Both the position numbers and the translations under genes were made by a program. Source: Polymyxa betae A26-41 (Eukaryota > Protista > Endomyxa: Phytomyxea). Taken from it: a stretch of DNA of 64,000 nucleotides. Below the pieces are notes generated by a model, which was given only the letters and a program-made list of their open reading frames with translations, ran no database searches and had not been told where the DNA came from. The stretch is taken from assembly GCA_003693705.1 (NCBI GenBank), contig RBZT01000499.1, positions 1-64,000 on the forward strand. The letters are read 5' to 3'. Positions 35,819 through 49,551 of this stretch are shown piece by piece. How positions within the stretch are numbered: the first letter of the stretch is position 1; every line of letters begins with the position of its first letter.

Positions 35819-36892
35819 ATGAGCTGCTCTGTTCTCTGTACTAATCTCTCCGCTTCCGTCCGTCTGTCGCATCTCACAGACTTATTCTCGGCATGTGGCC
35901 AGATTGTCAATAGCGAAATCGAAGGCGAGGGCCAATCACATGCAAGATGTCTGCTTCAGTTTGGAGATTCGTCAGCAGCTAGCATGGCCGAATTGCTAGA
36001 CGGTACTGCATTGGGTGATATGGCCATGCGAGTCCAATCTGTTCCATACGACACATTGAAAGAAGCTCCACCTTTGCAGACGCCTGTCAATGTTGCTTCG
36101 GCGCCTATGCAGCCTGTTGTCGGAGCCACTCCAGAACCTGCCGTTTTTAGTCAGGATGATCGTTTATTAAGAACGATATATGTTGGGAATCTATCACCAT
36201 CTGTTCTGACAGAACACGTTATTGGATTCTTAGCTCCAATTGGTGCTGCTATCATCAACATTAAAATGTGTCCTGGTGGTGGCTCTGCAACAGCCCATGC
36301 ATTTGTGGAATTTGGAAGTGTTCGTCATGCTCAAATGGCACTAAGCTTATCGGGCACTGAATTACACGGCCGTAATGTCAAAGTAGGCATGGCTGAGAAC
36401 CCGATACAAGCTGCCGGTGAAGGCACTGCTGACCTTCGCAAGCGTGAGCTCGCCCTAGAAAAGGTTCGACAAGCGCAGGAAAGGCTGAAATTAAAATCGA
36501 TGGGCCTAGCACCAAAAGACGAAAAAGACCAAGACAAAGATCAAGATCAAGATCAAGAGAAAAGTCGCAGCCGAAGTCGAAGCAGAAGCCGAAGTCGGTC
36601 TAGACGGCGACATCGCAGCAGTTTGAGAAGTCGCAGCCGGGATCGCCATCGTCGTCATCGGCGGCGTCATCGTAGCCGAAGCCAAAGCCGCAGCAGACGT
36701 CGAAGCAGAAGTCGTAGTCGAAGTATGCCGAGATTTACAAGTGCGAGATCACTTAATTACAGCCGTCCATCTGGTAGAAAGAAGCAGACCGTTCAACCAG
36801 CAAATATGATCTGGGATGGATTTCAATGGATTCCGAAACCTCCTCAGATGGTACAGCAACCAACATCTACTTCCAGTACACAAGCAAAGTAA
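35819..36892 (+). CDS. SR-related splicing factor (2 RRMs + RS domain; SREK1/SRSF11-like)
   Basis: RRM1 VLCTNLS..LFSACGQI; RRM2 RTIYVGNL..HAFVEF; long RS dipeptide tract; WDGFQW motif. Confidence 0.88.
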   Translation: MSCSVLCTNLSASVRLSHLTDLFSACGQIVNSEIEGEGQSHARCLLQFGDSSAASMAELLDGTALGDMAMRVQSVPYDTLKEAPPLQTPVNVASAPMQPVVGATPEPAVFSQDDRLLRTIYVGNLSPSVLTEHVIGFLAPIGAAIINIKMCPGGGSATAHAFVEFGSVRHAQMALSLSGTELHGRNVKVGMAENPIQAAGEGTADLRKRELALEKVRQAQERLKLKSMGLAPKDEKDQDKDQDQDQEKSRSRSRSRSRSRSRRRHRSSLRSRSRDRHRRHRRRHRSRSQSRSRRRSRSRSRSMPRFTSARSLNYSRPSGRKKQTVQPANMIWDGFQWIPKPPQMVQQPTSTSSTQAK

Positions 36893-37203
36893 ACTTATCT
36901 GAGGTCAGAATCCTTTCATCTGCAAGATTATCATCCTATTAGTAAATGGATCATATCTATCTCAGATTACTTGGCGACTTCGTCTGCGTTGCTGCTTTCG
37001 TCAAAATCAGGAAACCGAACAGAGAATGAGCTAACAATCATGTAAATTGTGTATTGGTGATTGGCTTTACAGGTTCTCTCAAAGTCATTTGTTGATCGAG
37101 AACGAGGTTCGCGTGCCGCCATATTCTAGAACAATATCTATTTTGGAGTGAAACCTGGCAGGTCCCTGAACGTCCTTGTCGTCCTAGAGATCGGCGTCGT
37201 CTC

Positions 37204-38469
37204 ATGGGTGGCATCTGTAGCAAAACTGAGGTCGATGGTGTCGATCGGCAACTAATGGAACAGCAGATGGCGTCTCTTTGGGACTTCAAGATCCTTGTTC
37301 TGGGCAGTGGTGAAAGTGGCAAATCCACCGTTGTTAAACAGATTCGACTGGTTCATAAAGGCAAGATGTTTAGCGAAGATGAACTTCAAAGATTCCGAGA
37401 AGCATTGCACGACAATGTCATTGATTGCTGCAAGGCATTCTGTACTGCCATCAAGAAGTTTAACATGGTGTTCGATGACGAAAAGGATGCAGAACTTGGC
37501 AGGATGTTCTTGGATGCTGATGATAAACACATCACCTTAACTCCAGAGCTGGGTGCCAAAATCATTCGACTTTGGAAGTCGAAAACTGTTCAAAATGTGA
37601 TGACGATGAGAGATAAATTCTGGGTGAGCATTGTGGTTAAAGTTAGCATATTGTTGAAATGATGTTATAGATTCTCGATTCAGTAGATTGGTTCTTCAAC
37701 AATGTTGAAAGATTTGCTGAACACGATTATGTTCCAACCGAAGAGGATTGTATCATGGCTCGAGTACGAACAACAGGAATGGTACAGACCGAATTTGATC
37801 AGCCAAATGTCGACTCAAAGAACGAGTATGTAATCGATGGTCGATGAAGGTAACGGATTATTAAAGACGTGTATAGATTTGATAAGACCATCCATTGGAG
37901 AGTAATTGATGTTGGTGGACAACGTAATGAGAGAAAGAAATGGAGTAAGAATGTCGTCTGGTATTAAATTCCACTTTGTGACACATTATTGGTCAGTTCA
38001 TTTCTTCGATGATGTCAAAGCAATTCTGTTCGTGGTCAATCTGGCAGGGTACAACATGGTCTTGTTTGAAGATGATAAACAGAACCGAATGAAGGAAGAG
38101 CTCGAGCTGTTCCAATCCATTGTGAGGAAGCCGGAATTCGCTCACATTCCCATCTTTCTGTTCCTGAACAAGAAGGATCTGTTCGAAGAGAAGATTCGTA
38201 AGATCGGCCTGGAGACCTGTTTCCCAGATTATAAAGGCGATAATTCTGTTCAAGACGCCATGCAGTTTGTGGCGAACAAATTTCGGGCCTGTATGCCTCC
38301 CAGGAATGGCGATTCAAACCAGCCGGAGATGTTCCATGTATTCATGATCGCTTCCAGACTGAAGATGGACGTTAAATTTGCTTTTGGCGAACTGAAGCGG
38401 ATTCTGATCGAGCTGAATTCCAAGCAAGCTATTAAGGCGACCAGCAAGATAGCCAAGAAACTTGAATAA
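37204..38469 (+). CDS. Heterotrimeric G protein alpha subunit, multi-exon
   Basis: MGGICS (myristoyl/palmitoyl), LGSGESGKSTVVKQ, ARVRTTG, DVGGQRNERKKW, FLFLNKKDLF. Confidence 0.95.
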
Positions 38470-38657
38470 TGAATCTGATCTTCGTACATCCAATTGCAAT
38501 GTTTTGTATGCATGTTTAGAGAAGACTCTTCACTTTATTCATTTATCTTACTCACAACAATGGCGTACTGGTCCCATCTGTACATCATGTTATGATGTTT
38601 ATTGCGTTTTTGAGTGTCATTTACTGATAGTATTGTGTGCGAAGCCTCATCATCACC

Positions 38658-39799
38658 ATGACGATCTCTTCACACAGCCTAAAGCAATTTCAATACCAGC
38701 GATTACTTTGTAGACCCGCTTAGTCCCCCTTTATTCATCAATGACTAAGGCGATTTTCTAGCAATCGATCCATTGACAAAACAGGCGGCCTTCACAGGAA
38801 ATGTTGGCGATAATACCGATCAAGAGGCTCTTGTTGTAATCGAGCCAATCCCGTTTCATGCCGAAGATTTGCAAGAATTCGTGCAGAAGTCCGATCTTGC
38901 TCTGAATCTGCACAATGATGCATATTCCTCTTTTACAGCCAGGACGACAGGAAAGTATCAGTTGCAGTTAACATATCCTGCTACTAGCAAGCATATTGAC
39001 AAATTTATTGAGCAGCATTATCACCGAGTTGTGGAAACTCCAGATCTTTATAAAAAGTTTGTAGTTGTCTTCGAGGTCGATTGTATTGATACATGTTATA
39101 GTGTCGTGCTTCCTTACATAGATTCCATCCCTGCAGATCGCATTCAATGGGTCAAGAATATTATTCAAGGTAAATGTGAGCAAGATCGTATCATATACAA
39201 CGATCCTGATCCTCTTGATGGATTCATTCTGCTGCCTGATATCAAGGTGTTTATCTTCATTTCCATCGTCTTTCAAAACAGGTGAATAATCTACAGTGGG
39301 ATGCATTTAACGTTGAGAATCTTTATATTCAAGCAATTGCATCAAATGCAGCTATTCGGTCTGTACGCGATCTTGGCATTGAGCATCTACCAATGCTAAA
39401 GAACATTTTGAAGAAAGGGATCTGTAAGCAGAAAATGTTTCTCACTGACGATTGTATATTGATAACATCTTAGCCTGTATTGCTGATCATTATAACATTG
39501 ATCAATCTCTTCTACGAGTTTATGTTCATTATCATCCAAGTTTTTATCATTTCCATGCTCACATTGTCCATTCATCATTAACGACGTCCAGCTGCTTTGT
39601 TGGTAGAGCCATTCTTCTGGAAGATATCATTGAGAATATTCAGCTTTACGGCAAATATTATCAGGTGCAAAGTTTACCCAAAACAAGCTTTGGGCCTAGA
39701 TTATCAACGATTGAACATGAATGATAGGAACGTGTACTCTATTATTATCTTCCAGAATCTCACGACATTTACAAGCTCTTAACTGGATCTTCACTGTGA
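38658..39799 (+). CDS. DCPS: Scavenger mRNA decapping enzyme (m7GpppX diphosphatase), multi-exon
   Basis: YPATSKHIDKF, ETPDLY, QWVKNII, GFILLPDIK|WD, IRSVRDL..HLPML; HIT motif HYHPSFYHFHAH. Confidence 0.93.
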
Positions 39800-39847
39800 T
39801 AAGACAGAACATAGGGTTACTGCTGGGCAGGAATATGATTGTGTTCG

Positions 39848-41217
39848 TTATAAATCTATCAACGATCTAATTTGTTCTAAAGTCAGAAACATGATTACAT
39901 TCCACGATCCAATCCTGTTATGAAACATGAGAAGTCAGAATCTAATCGACACCTTCCAAACCTGGCAAAATTTGCTGCAAATCCTTTGTAGAAAGCAAGA
40001 GGACCTTCAGACTTGAGAATCTTTACTGAGATTAGATAACGACCTGGAGATATTGTCACCATCACCTTAATTGCAGCATCACTAAGTCCTCTATACTGCT
40101 TGCGACCATCTTCCATCGCTTTATCGTTCATGAGCCTTGTTTTTAGCTGTAAATGCCATTAGAGAATGCAATCAAAGTAGCCAATATAGAAACATCCAAA
40201 TACCACATCAATTGGAGATCCAATCACCGTTGCACAGAATCCAGCACCAATTGCACACCTTTTAGACGTGATGGGTCATGAATGTAAAACAGAACGAGTT
40301 AATCATACATAAGATGTGTAGAAACACGATCTGGCGACATTTCAATAGATCTAACTGCCAATGTTTTCAGTTGATCATATGCAGCTAATTCCGATGCATT
40401 TATAATGGAATTACGACAAACATTGGGGATATATGCTGTCCAGAATCCCAAAATACCTGTAGTCAACATTTTGGTATCCATCATGATTAAATCTCTTTCA
40501 ATACAACCTTCAGCTCTATAAATTTTCCTAAAAGCGTCTGTTAAACCATTGTATCTTCTTGGAACATTAGGTGGTAATCGAGCTTCTGCTTGCAGCCGAA
40601 CCTAACAAAATGCATTACAAACTGAGCAATCACCGCCAGCTTGACTCGTACTTTGATTAAATCGACAGGATTTGCAAATGTAATTCCAATCATTCCTATC
40701 ATACGTGTGAATGTGAATTTAACTGATTTTAATTGAACGAACCTGTAGTTAGGCCAGCTGCAATACGAGTTCCTAATCCGATGTCAGGACTGCCTGATGC
40801 ATAAAAGTCACGAATTGGATTATACAATCCAATACGTAAAGATGCAAATACGACCTGGCGGGCTAATCCTGGAGTTAAGCTGCTTTACATTCATTTAATT
40901 TCTAGAACAACGAAGCCAATGTACCCTTTCCATAAAGCCAAAGGCCCTTCTTCTGTAATAATGCTCCTCAAGAATTGGGATATTCCAATAGCTTTTGATG
41001 CTGAATTAGATTGGTGGATCTACAAAAGAGTCTGGGAAGGAGTACACCATGGCAGGCAGCATTTAAAGGTGACCTGAAGTCTCACTTTCACTGTATCGAG
41101 AGGAAGCGAAATAGCTTCAGCTACACATGCTGAGATTGCAGCTGCTGTCATGCTTTGAAGTACTACAGGTACATGCAGACATGTCTCACTATCACTCATG
41201 ATAGATGATTTCATCAT
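39848..41217 (-). CDS. UCP: Mitochondrial carrier, uncoupling-protein (UCP/PUMP)-like, multi-exon
   Basis: ACVAEAISLPLDTVKVRLQ, PGLARQVVFASLRIGLY, ANPVDLIK|VRLQAE, PNVCRNSIINASELAAYDQLK, GSPIDV|LKTRLMN, GSWNVIMFLTLEQ. Confidence 0.9.
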
Positions 41218-41369
41218 ATGTAAAATGTTATCAATAAAATGATATTAACATAGCCGTATCTATCAAGGCAATCACCAACTTGGACAAAAACAAATGATTA
41301 TACAAGTTCTGTATCATACATAATCCATACAGAATGTTGCTCATTAAACCAATCTGCTGTCAGAAAATT

Positions 41370-42155
41370 CTATAGCGTCTCAGCAACCTTTCTGTCGAAG
41401 ATGGTTAATGGTTCCAAGAACCTGGATTCCAGATGCTTCAGAATGACATCGTACATAATGCTACTGGTTCGAATCGAGCCAATTAAAACACCAGCCGTAA
41501 ATACGAAGATCTCGATCGCTACTTGTATTACAGTATCGATTGAGAGCCTAAACAGAATATCAGAATGCTATCTGTATGGATTACAGCATTTACTCATGGA
41601 GACAAAAACTGAGTACGTGAGGCATTCCAATGTTGATCAAACTACAGAAAGGACCTAAACCGAAAGCAGATGGAAGTAGGACACCATAGAGCATGTGAAT
41701 TCGATTGATCTGAAGCAAATTTGCTAATCGGGTATAATCTCTGGAGATGCAAATATCCACAACCTACTCAACATCAATGCAATTGCTGAGATCTACTGAT
41801 TCCCTGTTTTTGACCTTCATTATATAACCTGAAATAATTACAACGAGAAACATGGCCATTGGCAATAAGGCTCGCGCGATATTTTGCAATCGCTGTCTGC
41901 TCTGAGATTGATCTATAAACGAGTATGGAGTATGGCAGATATCACAGGATAGAAATGCATCTGATTTCGCTGAAGTCATTCTCCATGTGTTCAAGCAACT
42001 TCTGTGCACTAATGCCATCGTTCCTGTCCGAATATGTTGATGTGATTTTATTTCTGACAAAGAAATACATTACCTGTACATCGACATGGTTGAATGAGAT
42101 CATTGTTTTCCAATGATTGTTCAAAGCAAATTCGGCATGTTTCTGACTGGACCAT
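41370..42155 (-). CDS. RING-CH (MARCH/RINGv) membrane E3 ubiquitin ligase, multi-exon
   Basis: CRICFE..LIQPCRCT|GTMALVHRSCLNTW..CDICHTPY followed by TM helices. Confidence 0.87.
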
Positions 42156-43158
42156 TCTCAACTTCGTAAGAGAATTAGACTGATCTATAGATATTTCGAT
42201 GGTCTATCATTTGAAAATATCTCATCAAAAAAGAACTAGGATTTCACAATACGATGAAAAAAAAATCCACATCAATGAGGTATGTCAAAATTATGTTAAA
42301 GTCGTAGATACTGATCGGCCAGCAAACCAAGATAAGATCTCGCTCCTATTACGATGCCGATTCAGCGAACATAAAGATAGGGCATTTTGATGAAGATATG
42401 AACGACGATCATGATTTATTTGCCAATTGTCCCCAGCTTCTGTATTCATTTAGTGAGAGAGGCGCAGAACCCAAGTAAAGAAACATCAGTGCCAAGTGAC
42501 GAGAAGCAATAATTAAGGCAATTTCAATGCAAAGAGATTCGATGTGTGTACTACTAGTCCCAGGCTAACTAGCCGGTTTATCAAAAACTAAAAGCCCAAC
42601 GTCATTGTGATTGGGTCGTACATCAATTCGCAGGTATCGGTATCACTGTGACAAGTTTAGATCGTAGAGAAACCTCTACTAGCCCATCCAGGCAGAATCG
42701 GGACGAAACCATCGATCGGTACAGGTACATAGATTCTGACCGAACGCTCATGGCAATGCTCTGAATCCCCCAGGAGCAGCGGAAGAGGCTGGCAGCAGGG
42801 AATCAAGAGCTATCCCAAAGTATTAACGGAGCTGTTGTGAGATCGTTTGTTTGAAAGGTGAAAGGTATAGATGGGGTTATTGGCCGAATTACGGAGTTAA
42901 ATGATTGCGTAGTCAGGGTAGCGCCTCTGTTGTTATTTCTAACATCACATCCCTCACACACTCTCTCTTGATCATTGGCAGTTGGTTGCTATTATCCATC
43001 AACATTCAGTCGTTGCATAGGCTGCCTGCTCTCGTCTTTGGCACCCGTCCTATCAAACGCCTATTCATCACTGGCTACCCTTGGCCTTCTTTCTGCACGT
43101 GTATGATTGTGAGATCCTGCTCTGAGTTGTTGTCTCCTCCGGTCCATGCCCCAGGCCC

Positions 43159-43677
43159 ATGAACGCTGCAGCTGGGCCGTCCGGGAGTAATCGCCCAACC
43201 TTAATCATCCGCCTCAATCTACGCTTCCTAATTATGGATGCACCAACCGATCAAAACCTCCCGGGTTATATCACAATGCTTCGTGAACACAACGTCTCCC
43301 ACGTCGTCCGGGCGTGTGAACCTACCTACTCTGCTGTCCCCCTGAAACAACATAATATCGAGGTTTTGGAACTACCGTTCGCTGATGGAGATCCTCCTCC
43401 TGATGAAATCGTGGTTGACTGGCTCAGCCTCGTGAAAAAGACGTTTAAAGACGGCGAAGACTCAAAGCAAACGATTGCTGTACATTGTGTAGCAGGCTTG
43501 GGCCGAGCTCCTGTCCTGGTAGCAATTGCTTTAATTGAATTTGCTGGTATGGACCCTCTTGACGCTATCTTTTTCATCCGAGAGAAACGAAAGGGCGCTA
43601 TCAATGCAAGACAAGTTGCATATCTATCGCAATATAAGAAGCATCGTGGTGCTTCTTGTTGCTGCGTTATATGTTGA
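43159..43677 (+). CDS. PTP4A: PRL-type (PTP4A) prenylated protein tyrosine phosphatase
   Basis: NRPTLI..FLIMDAPT, VVRACEPTY, PFADGDPPP, HCVAGLGRAPVLVAIALIE; C-terminal CCCVIC CAAX box. Confidence 0.95.
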   Translation: MNAAAGPSGSNRPTLIIRLNLRFLIMDAPTDQNLPGYITMLREHNVSHVVRACEPTYSAVPLKQHNIEVLELPFADGDPPPDEIVVDWLSLVKKTFKDGEDSKQTIAVHCVAGLGRAPVLVAIALIEFAGMDPLDAIFFIREKRKGAINARQVAYLSQYKKHRGASCCCVIC

Positions 43678-43813
43678 CTGGAACTACTACGATTATTACA
43701 CTTTCTTGCCTATGGCTGCCTTAGTAAAAAATGTAATCAGTATGTTCATGTCTATGTTGCCTAGACTGACACCTTCGTTGTACTTGTACTTACTAAAGGC
43801 ATAATTCAAGCTT

Positions 43814-45482
43814 TTATTGAGAGCTTCGTGAGGATTTATCCATCAACTCTAGAGATTTAGCAATATCTTGTTGAAGTTGGTCGTCATTTCCAGTTAGCAA
43901 TTCTGATAATCGCCATACTTGAAGCGTGCCACCCCCGTAAGTATCAGCATCGTCAGAGACAGTTGCGATTGTCCATGGATCACGACTATTCCAATCGAAA
44001 TCAACAACGGGAGATTTACTATTTCATCATCCGTCAGTTCAGTATCCTTAGTAAAATATGCAGAATACCCATGGCCAATGTGCCTGAAAAATATCTCCTC
44101 GGGTAAGCCAGGTTGATCATCAGAAAGCGGCTTTCTATCTCGGTTAAATATTAGCATCATCCCATCTTCAGATGCAGTGGCAAAATAAGACGAAGAATGT
44201 GGTGACCACTGCACTGTAGTGACTGATCCTTCAAGACAAGAAAATGTTTGCAACGCTGGGCTCTAAACATGGCGACAGTAAGAACGAATTCTTCCATGAC
44301 TAATCATAAGAGCACTCGCCTTCTTGGTTTGATTTCTGATATACCTGATGTCGGAAATCTTTACAAGATGGTCGCTTCCTCCAGATAACAGAAGCATTTC
44401 ATTTTGCTTGTTCCAAGAAACACTTAACCAATCTGGTTAATACAGAACCTAAAAAAGATCATCAACATACCTATTGATATCTTTGGCGTGCAAGTTCTTA
44501 GCTGATGCAACCGGATCGGTGCCATCACGTGAATCCCACAGACGCATTGCACAATCATCCCCGACAGATACGAATATAAAAGGAGATAAAGGATGAAATG
44601 CACAATCTTCAACGCTAGCGGAATGCCCTCTGAAATGCTGGCGTGACGGTAACGTCCTTAACGTCCTCTCACCTAAATTAGGCTGTTTTAGTTGAGGACA
44701 AGAGGTGTGAAGAAACTACCGTCTTTGACAATATGGACTTCGTCTTCCAGCGACCACAGATGGATGTTATTATCGCTGCCTCCGCTAATAATCAACGGCT
44801 CCTGGCTGTTAAAGTCCAGAGCATATGGTGCATTTTTCGTGTGACCTTTCAATCTAAAACATTATCACGAGACTGAACAGTAAAAGGGTGTTGACACGAA
44901 CATTATATCAGGGACACTGCATTCAGCATCTACCCTCAACTGTCGATTTGGCTGCGTATTAGAATTCCAAACGAAAACTTCGGGACAATCAGAATGTGTT
45001 GCGATGATATCACCATGCTGATGGCAAACCCTACGATAGGTGTGAAAACGCTTTGTCTGGTGATAATCGCATGGGTTTACCGGATCCGATTCACTTCACC
45101 AGGGTGTATAAACTTCTTTGAACAGTAAAGCCTGGCAGAATCAGAATCGACGTGATAAACCTCGATAGCGTTCGGTCGACCCTTCCATTGGCCAGGCCTG
45201 TGAACAGTATAGTGTTATTACGATATTCTTCATACAATCAAGTTTGATATGGAAAATTCTCAGTACACCAAATGCATCACAAACTGTTATTAAAACATAC
45301 AATGAGCTGTCAAGTTGTTCAGCAGTCGTAGACCTGCTCATATACAGAGTCTGTGAACCATTCTCTGAATTAGGATCTTTATCCCCCCATGCACATGCAT
45401 AACTTGGCCATTCGAGACTTTGTTGCAAGTACATGTCATACAGCAACGGAATCCTCACATCTTTCGGTTCAGGACGAGACAT
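43814..45482 (-). CDS. WD40 histone-binding protein, RBBP4/MSI-like, multi-exon
   Basis: LYDMYLQQSLEWPSYACAWG, FIHPGEVNRIR, LKGHTKNAPYALDF, VQWSPH..FATASEDG, EIFFRHIGH. Confidence 0.9.
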
Positions 45483-45869
45483 ATCGGCAAAAAACCAATA
45501 TGGATCGATAGAACAGCGCCAACGTTAGCAAGATTTTCCAAATTAACAAGGGCGATTTAACGCCTTGAGAGCGACGTTAAAATGCGCTTAAAACATGTTG
45601 TGCGCGCATTTCTCTTTTCTTTTTTTGATGGTTTACGTAACTGTTATCTTCGGTAACATATTTTTGCTGCATTCCAACTACTTTGATTAGCAACATGATT
45701 ATATGAGTAAATGGAAATGTCAAAGTTATACACTGTAGAAGTAAAAGCCTGTAAATTTTCAATTATTTTTTAAAGTGATCTCGGACTTCATAGGGCAGTT
45801 TATTGATGCTTAAACAAAATAAATGCAGATAAAACGATTTTTTTACACATGCGCAAGCGAAAATTTTAT

Positions 45870-46685
<816 letters not shown>

Positions 46686-46968
46686 AGCGATCTTGTTGAA
46701 GAACTGGATAAGAGAAGTTAGAGCAGACAAGAACAGGTAGACAATAAGTCCTCTCTACAAAAAGCGTCTATAGTCTATACCCAGCCTCTTGTTACGATAC
46801 AATATTCGACGAATCGATATCTGGTACAAACCCTGTACGGTTTGAAATATCGGTACAATCCGGATGCTATCTCTCTCAAAAATATCTATTTAAAGCTTAT
46901 TTCTAGCATATTTTGTACAAAACATGTGACAATAGAACGGAACTGTATTATCGAAGAGAGCAACCAAT

Positions 46969-47388
46969 CTAGTTAGTTTTGCAGAGACTTAACATTTCGC
47001 TCTCGTCAAGCTCGCTTTCATCGTTGACCTGCTTGATTTTTTGTATACCAGTAAGCTTCTTTTGGAAATCTTCCTTTGCGCTTGCATACATCATCTTGTC
47101 GCGAATCTTTGTAGAATCAGGACACCAAAAAATGAAGACCATTTTGGAGCGCTGAGCGCCTTCCTCTTCAAAACCGTAATCAAGCACAGCAAATCGTGGG
47201 GCATCGGCACGAGACAGTAAAAGAACGAATTCAGAGTATTTGAAAGGAGCATCGCTGTCAAGCTTGCTCTCAATAGAGACGGTATTGTTAGTAATCGAAT
47301 ATACAATGTACTTGTACTTCTTGCGGATTTTCAGCTCATTGAATACAGTAATGCATTCTTCGTCAGTCTTCAAGCCAGCAGAAACCAT
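46969..47388 (-). CDS. ADF: Actin-depolymerising factor / cofilin
   Basis: SAGLKTDEECITVFNELKIRKKYKYIVYSI..PRFAVLDY..FIFWCPDSTKIRDKMMYASAK. Confidence 0.95.
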   Translation of the reverse strand: MVSAGLKTDEECITVFNELKIRKKYKYIVYSITNNTVSIESKLDSDAPFKYSEFVLLLSRADAPRFAVLDYGFEEEGAQRSKMVFIFWCPDSTKIRDKMMYASAKEDFQKKLTGIQKIKQVNDESELDESEMLSLCKTN

Positions 47389-48031
47389 GGTTGGAACGTG
47401 ATTGCGACGGGTCTGATGATCACTCAATCAGGAGTTCAGGACACGGACGGATCGCTTGCCGAATGAGCGCTTACTAAGACGTGTACATGATGCGAGCAAC
47501 AGAAGCCCACAAGTACGGACATATTGAGCTGGCTGCGCACCCTCTATCTCTTATTCCGCTTGCACCTTTTGCCCTTTTCGGTGGCTTCATACACGTTGAC
47601 CTATGTCGGAGCAGCCCTTTCACGTCACGTCAAACATCAACCTGAACCCAAGCAGTTCTCGATATTTATTCTTCAGAAAGCCTGATTGTTTGCATATGAC
47701 ATTGCAGCTGCGAACATTACATGCATTTTATGTATGAGATTTCAGGTTACAAGCCTTTACGATGTGCCTGATGCCTTAAGAGTGTTTGTTATTTACTGCA
47801 ACTCTTTTTGGATGAGGGATAATTGCAAGCATCTCTTTATAAGCCATTCCTGAAATTCTGTTACAAAGCAACAAAGTGGTATTGTAATTTCGTAGGGGAC
47901 TGGGATTGTACTGTTGTAATGTTGTAGAGGGATTCCTATGCTGCGGACCTTGGCCTCTTCATGACTCGGACTGCATGATCTTCATGATACCTCTTTAAGA
48001 TTTCTCATCATCATTGTTACAACCAACTACA

Positions 48032-49151
48032 ATGGCCCATCAACAACCATTAGACCAAAACGGTCTCATAATTGTTAGAATCGGTGTCCCTGCCTGGGGA
48101 ATGCCCTCCTGGGATATTCGGTCGCTTCAGCTTCTCTTCTTGCTTCATTTCAATCAGGTCCCTCACACTATTGAGTATGAACGCTATGGCTATTCCTCGA
48201 GGTGGATGCCCTCGATTTTATGATATGTTGGTCCATAATTGTCAGATTAGTACTGGAGATATACCTGCTATTGAACCTGGAGATGGAACTATTACTTCAG
48301 CTGAACTATCAATCAACAAATACAGCGACCAACTTGACAGTACAAATCAGTTAGATAGCGCTCTGGCATACCGTATCCTTTGCGAAGCCAGAATGCTTCC
48401 TGTATGTCAAAATGCCCTATTTGAAGTAAGATTGTCCTATTTCTTCTCAATCTCTATTCATTTTGTTATAGAACGAGCGCAATTTTAACAGCCTCGTGTA
48501 TGGCCTTTTCTCTACCATTCCTTTCCCATTTTGTGCATATTTACCACGAAAGCTGCGAAGAAAGACGCTAGCACAATTGAAAACCACGACATCATTGACA
48601 GAAGACCAGCGGTTCTCTCTTTGCGAAAATGCACTTCAAGTTTGCGAATCCAAACTTGAGACGGTAAGGTCTTTATTTATTATGTTTGTACCAAATGAAT
48701 GATTTCTTTCATAGGACGGTACGCCGTTCTTATTAGGATCCAAGCCGTCTTCAGGGGATGCTGCTTTATGTGCTTTCTTAATGTTTGCGAGATACTGCGC
48801 TATCGAAGTTCCTGACCTCAAAAAGATAATTACACCTGTTTTATCTGATTATATGGATCAGGTCCTCAAAATATACCCAAATGTAGCACAAAAATTCGGT
48901 ATATTCAGGGATTGCTGTGACTGACGCCGCTGAACCGATTTACAGATATTCTACAAAACCCATATCGCTATTGTGTTGCTGATAATAATTCACAAAATCA
49001 ATCATCTTTTAGTAGAGAGTCAGCTAGTCCCAAGGAGCAGCTGTCCCCTGAGGAACTAGCACGAAAGCGTGGTAATCGAATTGCAATTGGAGTTGCTTCT
49101 GCAGCCTTCATTGGATTCATCTTATTTAGTGGTGTAAGCCGAGCCAAATAA
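48032..49151 (+). CDS. Metaxin-like (SAM/GST-fold) mitochondrial outer-membrane protein, multi-exon
   Basis: PAWGMPSWDIRSL, TGDIPAI, IPFPFCAYLP, PFLLGSKPSSGDAAL; C-terminal TM anchor IAIGVASAAFIGFILF. Confidence 0.78.
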
Positions 49152-49551
49152 AAAAGTCCAAATCTATGTCGAAGCTCCACTTTTTGTTTCCAGGTTCCGT
49201 CAATCAGAAAACGTATTGTGTACATAGGTTGGGAATACCGGTATGTTGGCTATGCTTCTGTACATGCGAAACGCGTGTCGCGTCTTCGTCGTCACTAATC
49301 GGACCCTTGCGGGAATTATTGTCTCTGCAGATTTCTATCTGTAAAGGCACCGCATTGAGGAAAGACAAAACGCAACGACAGCAACTGTTGAAACAGATAT
49401 TCAGTCACAGGAGGACGTTTTGTTAATGAATTGTCTTTGCAGGCATGAATCTAGGTGCAATATCGTAGGTAAGGAATATCGTTACGAATTGTGTTATTCG
49501 ACCGAACTCTTATACGGATTTAAAGCGTCGCGCGTTGTTTAGCCTGTAGCT

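Noticed and set aside
36520-36725. AGCCGA/AGTCGA and GATCAA tandem DNA repeats
   Set aside because: Explained by the encoded DQ and RS dipeptide tracts of the SR protein.
42765-42805. GC-rich possible hairpin or ncRNA upstream of PRL
   Set aside because: The stem is short and imperfect, with no tRNA, snRNA or snoRNA box pattern that I can support.
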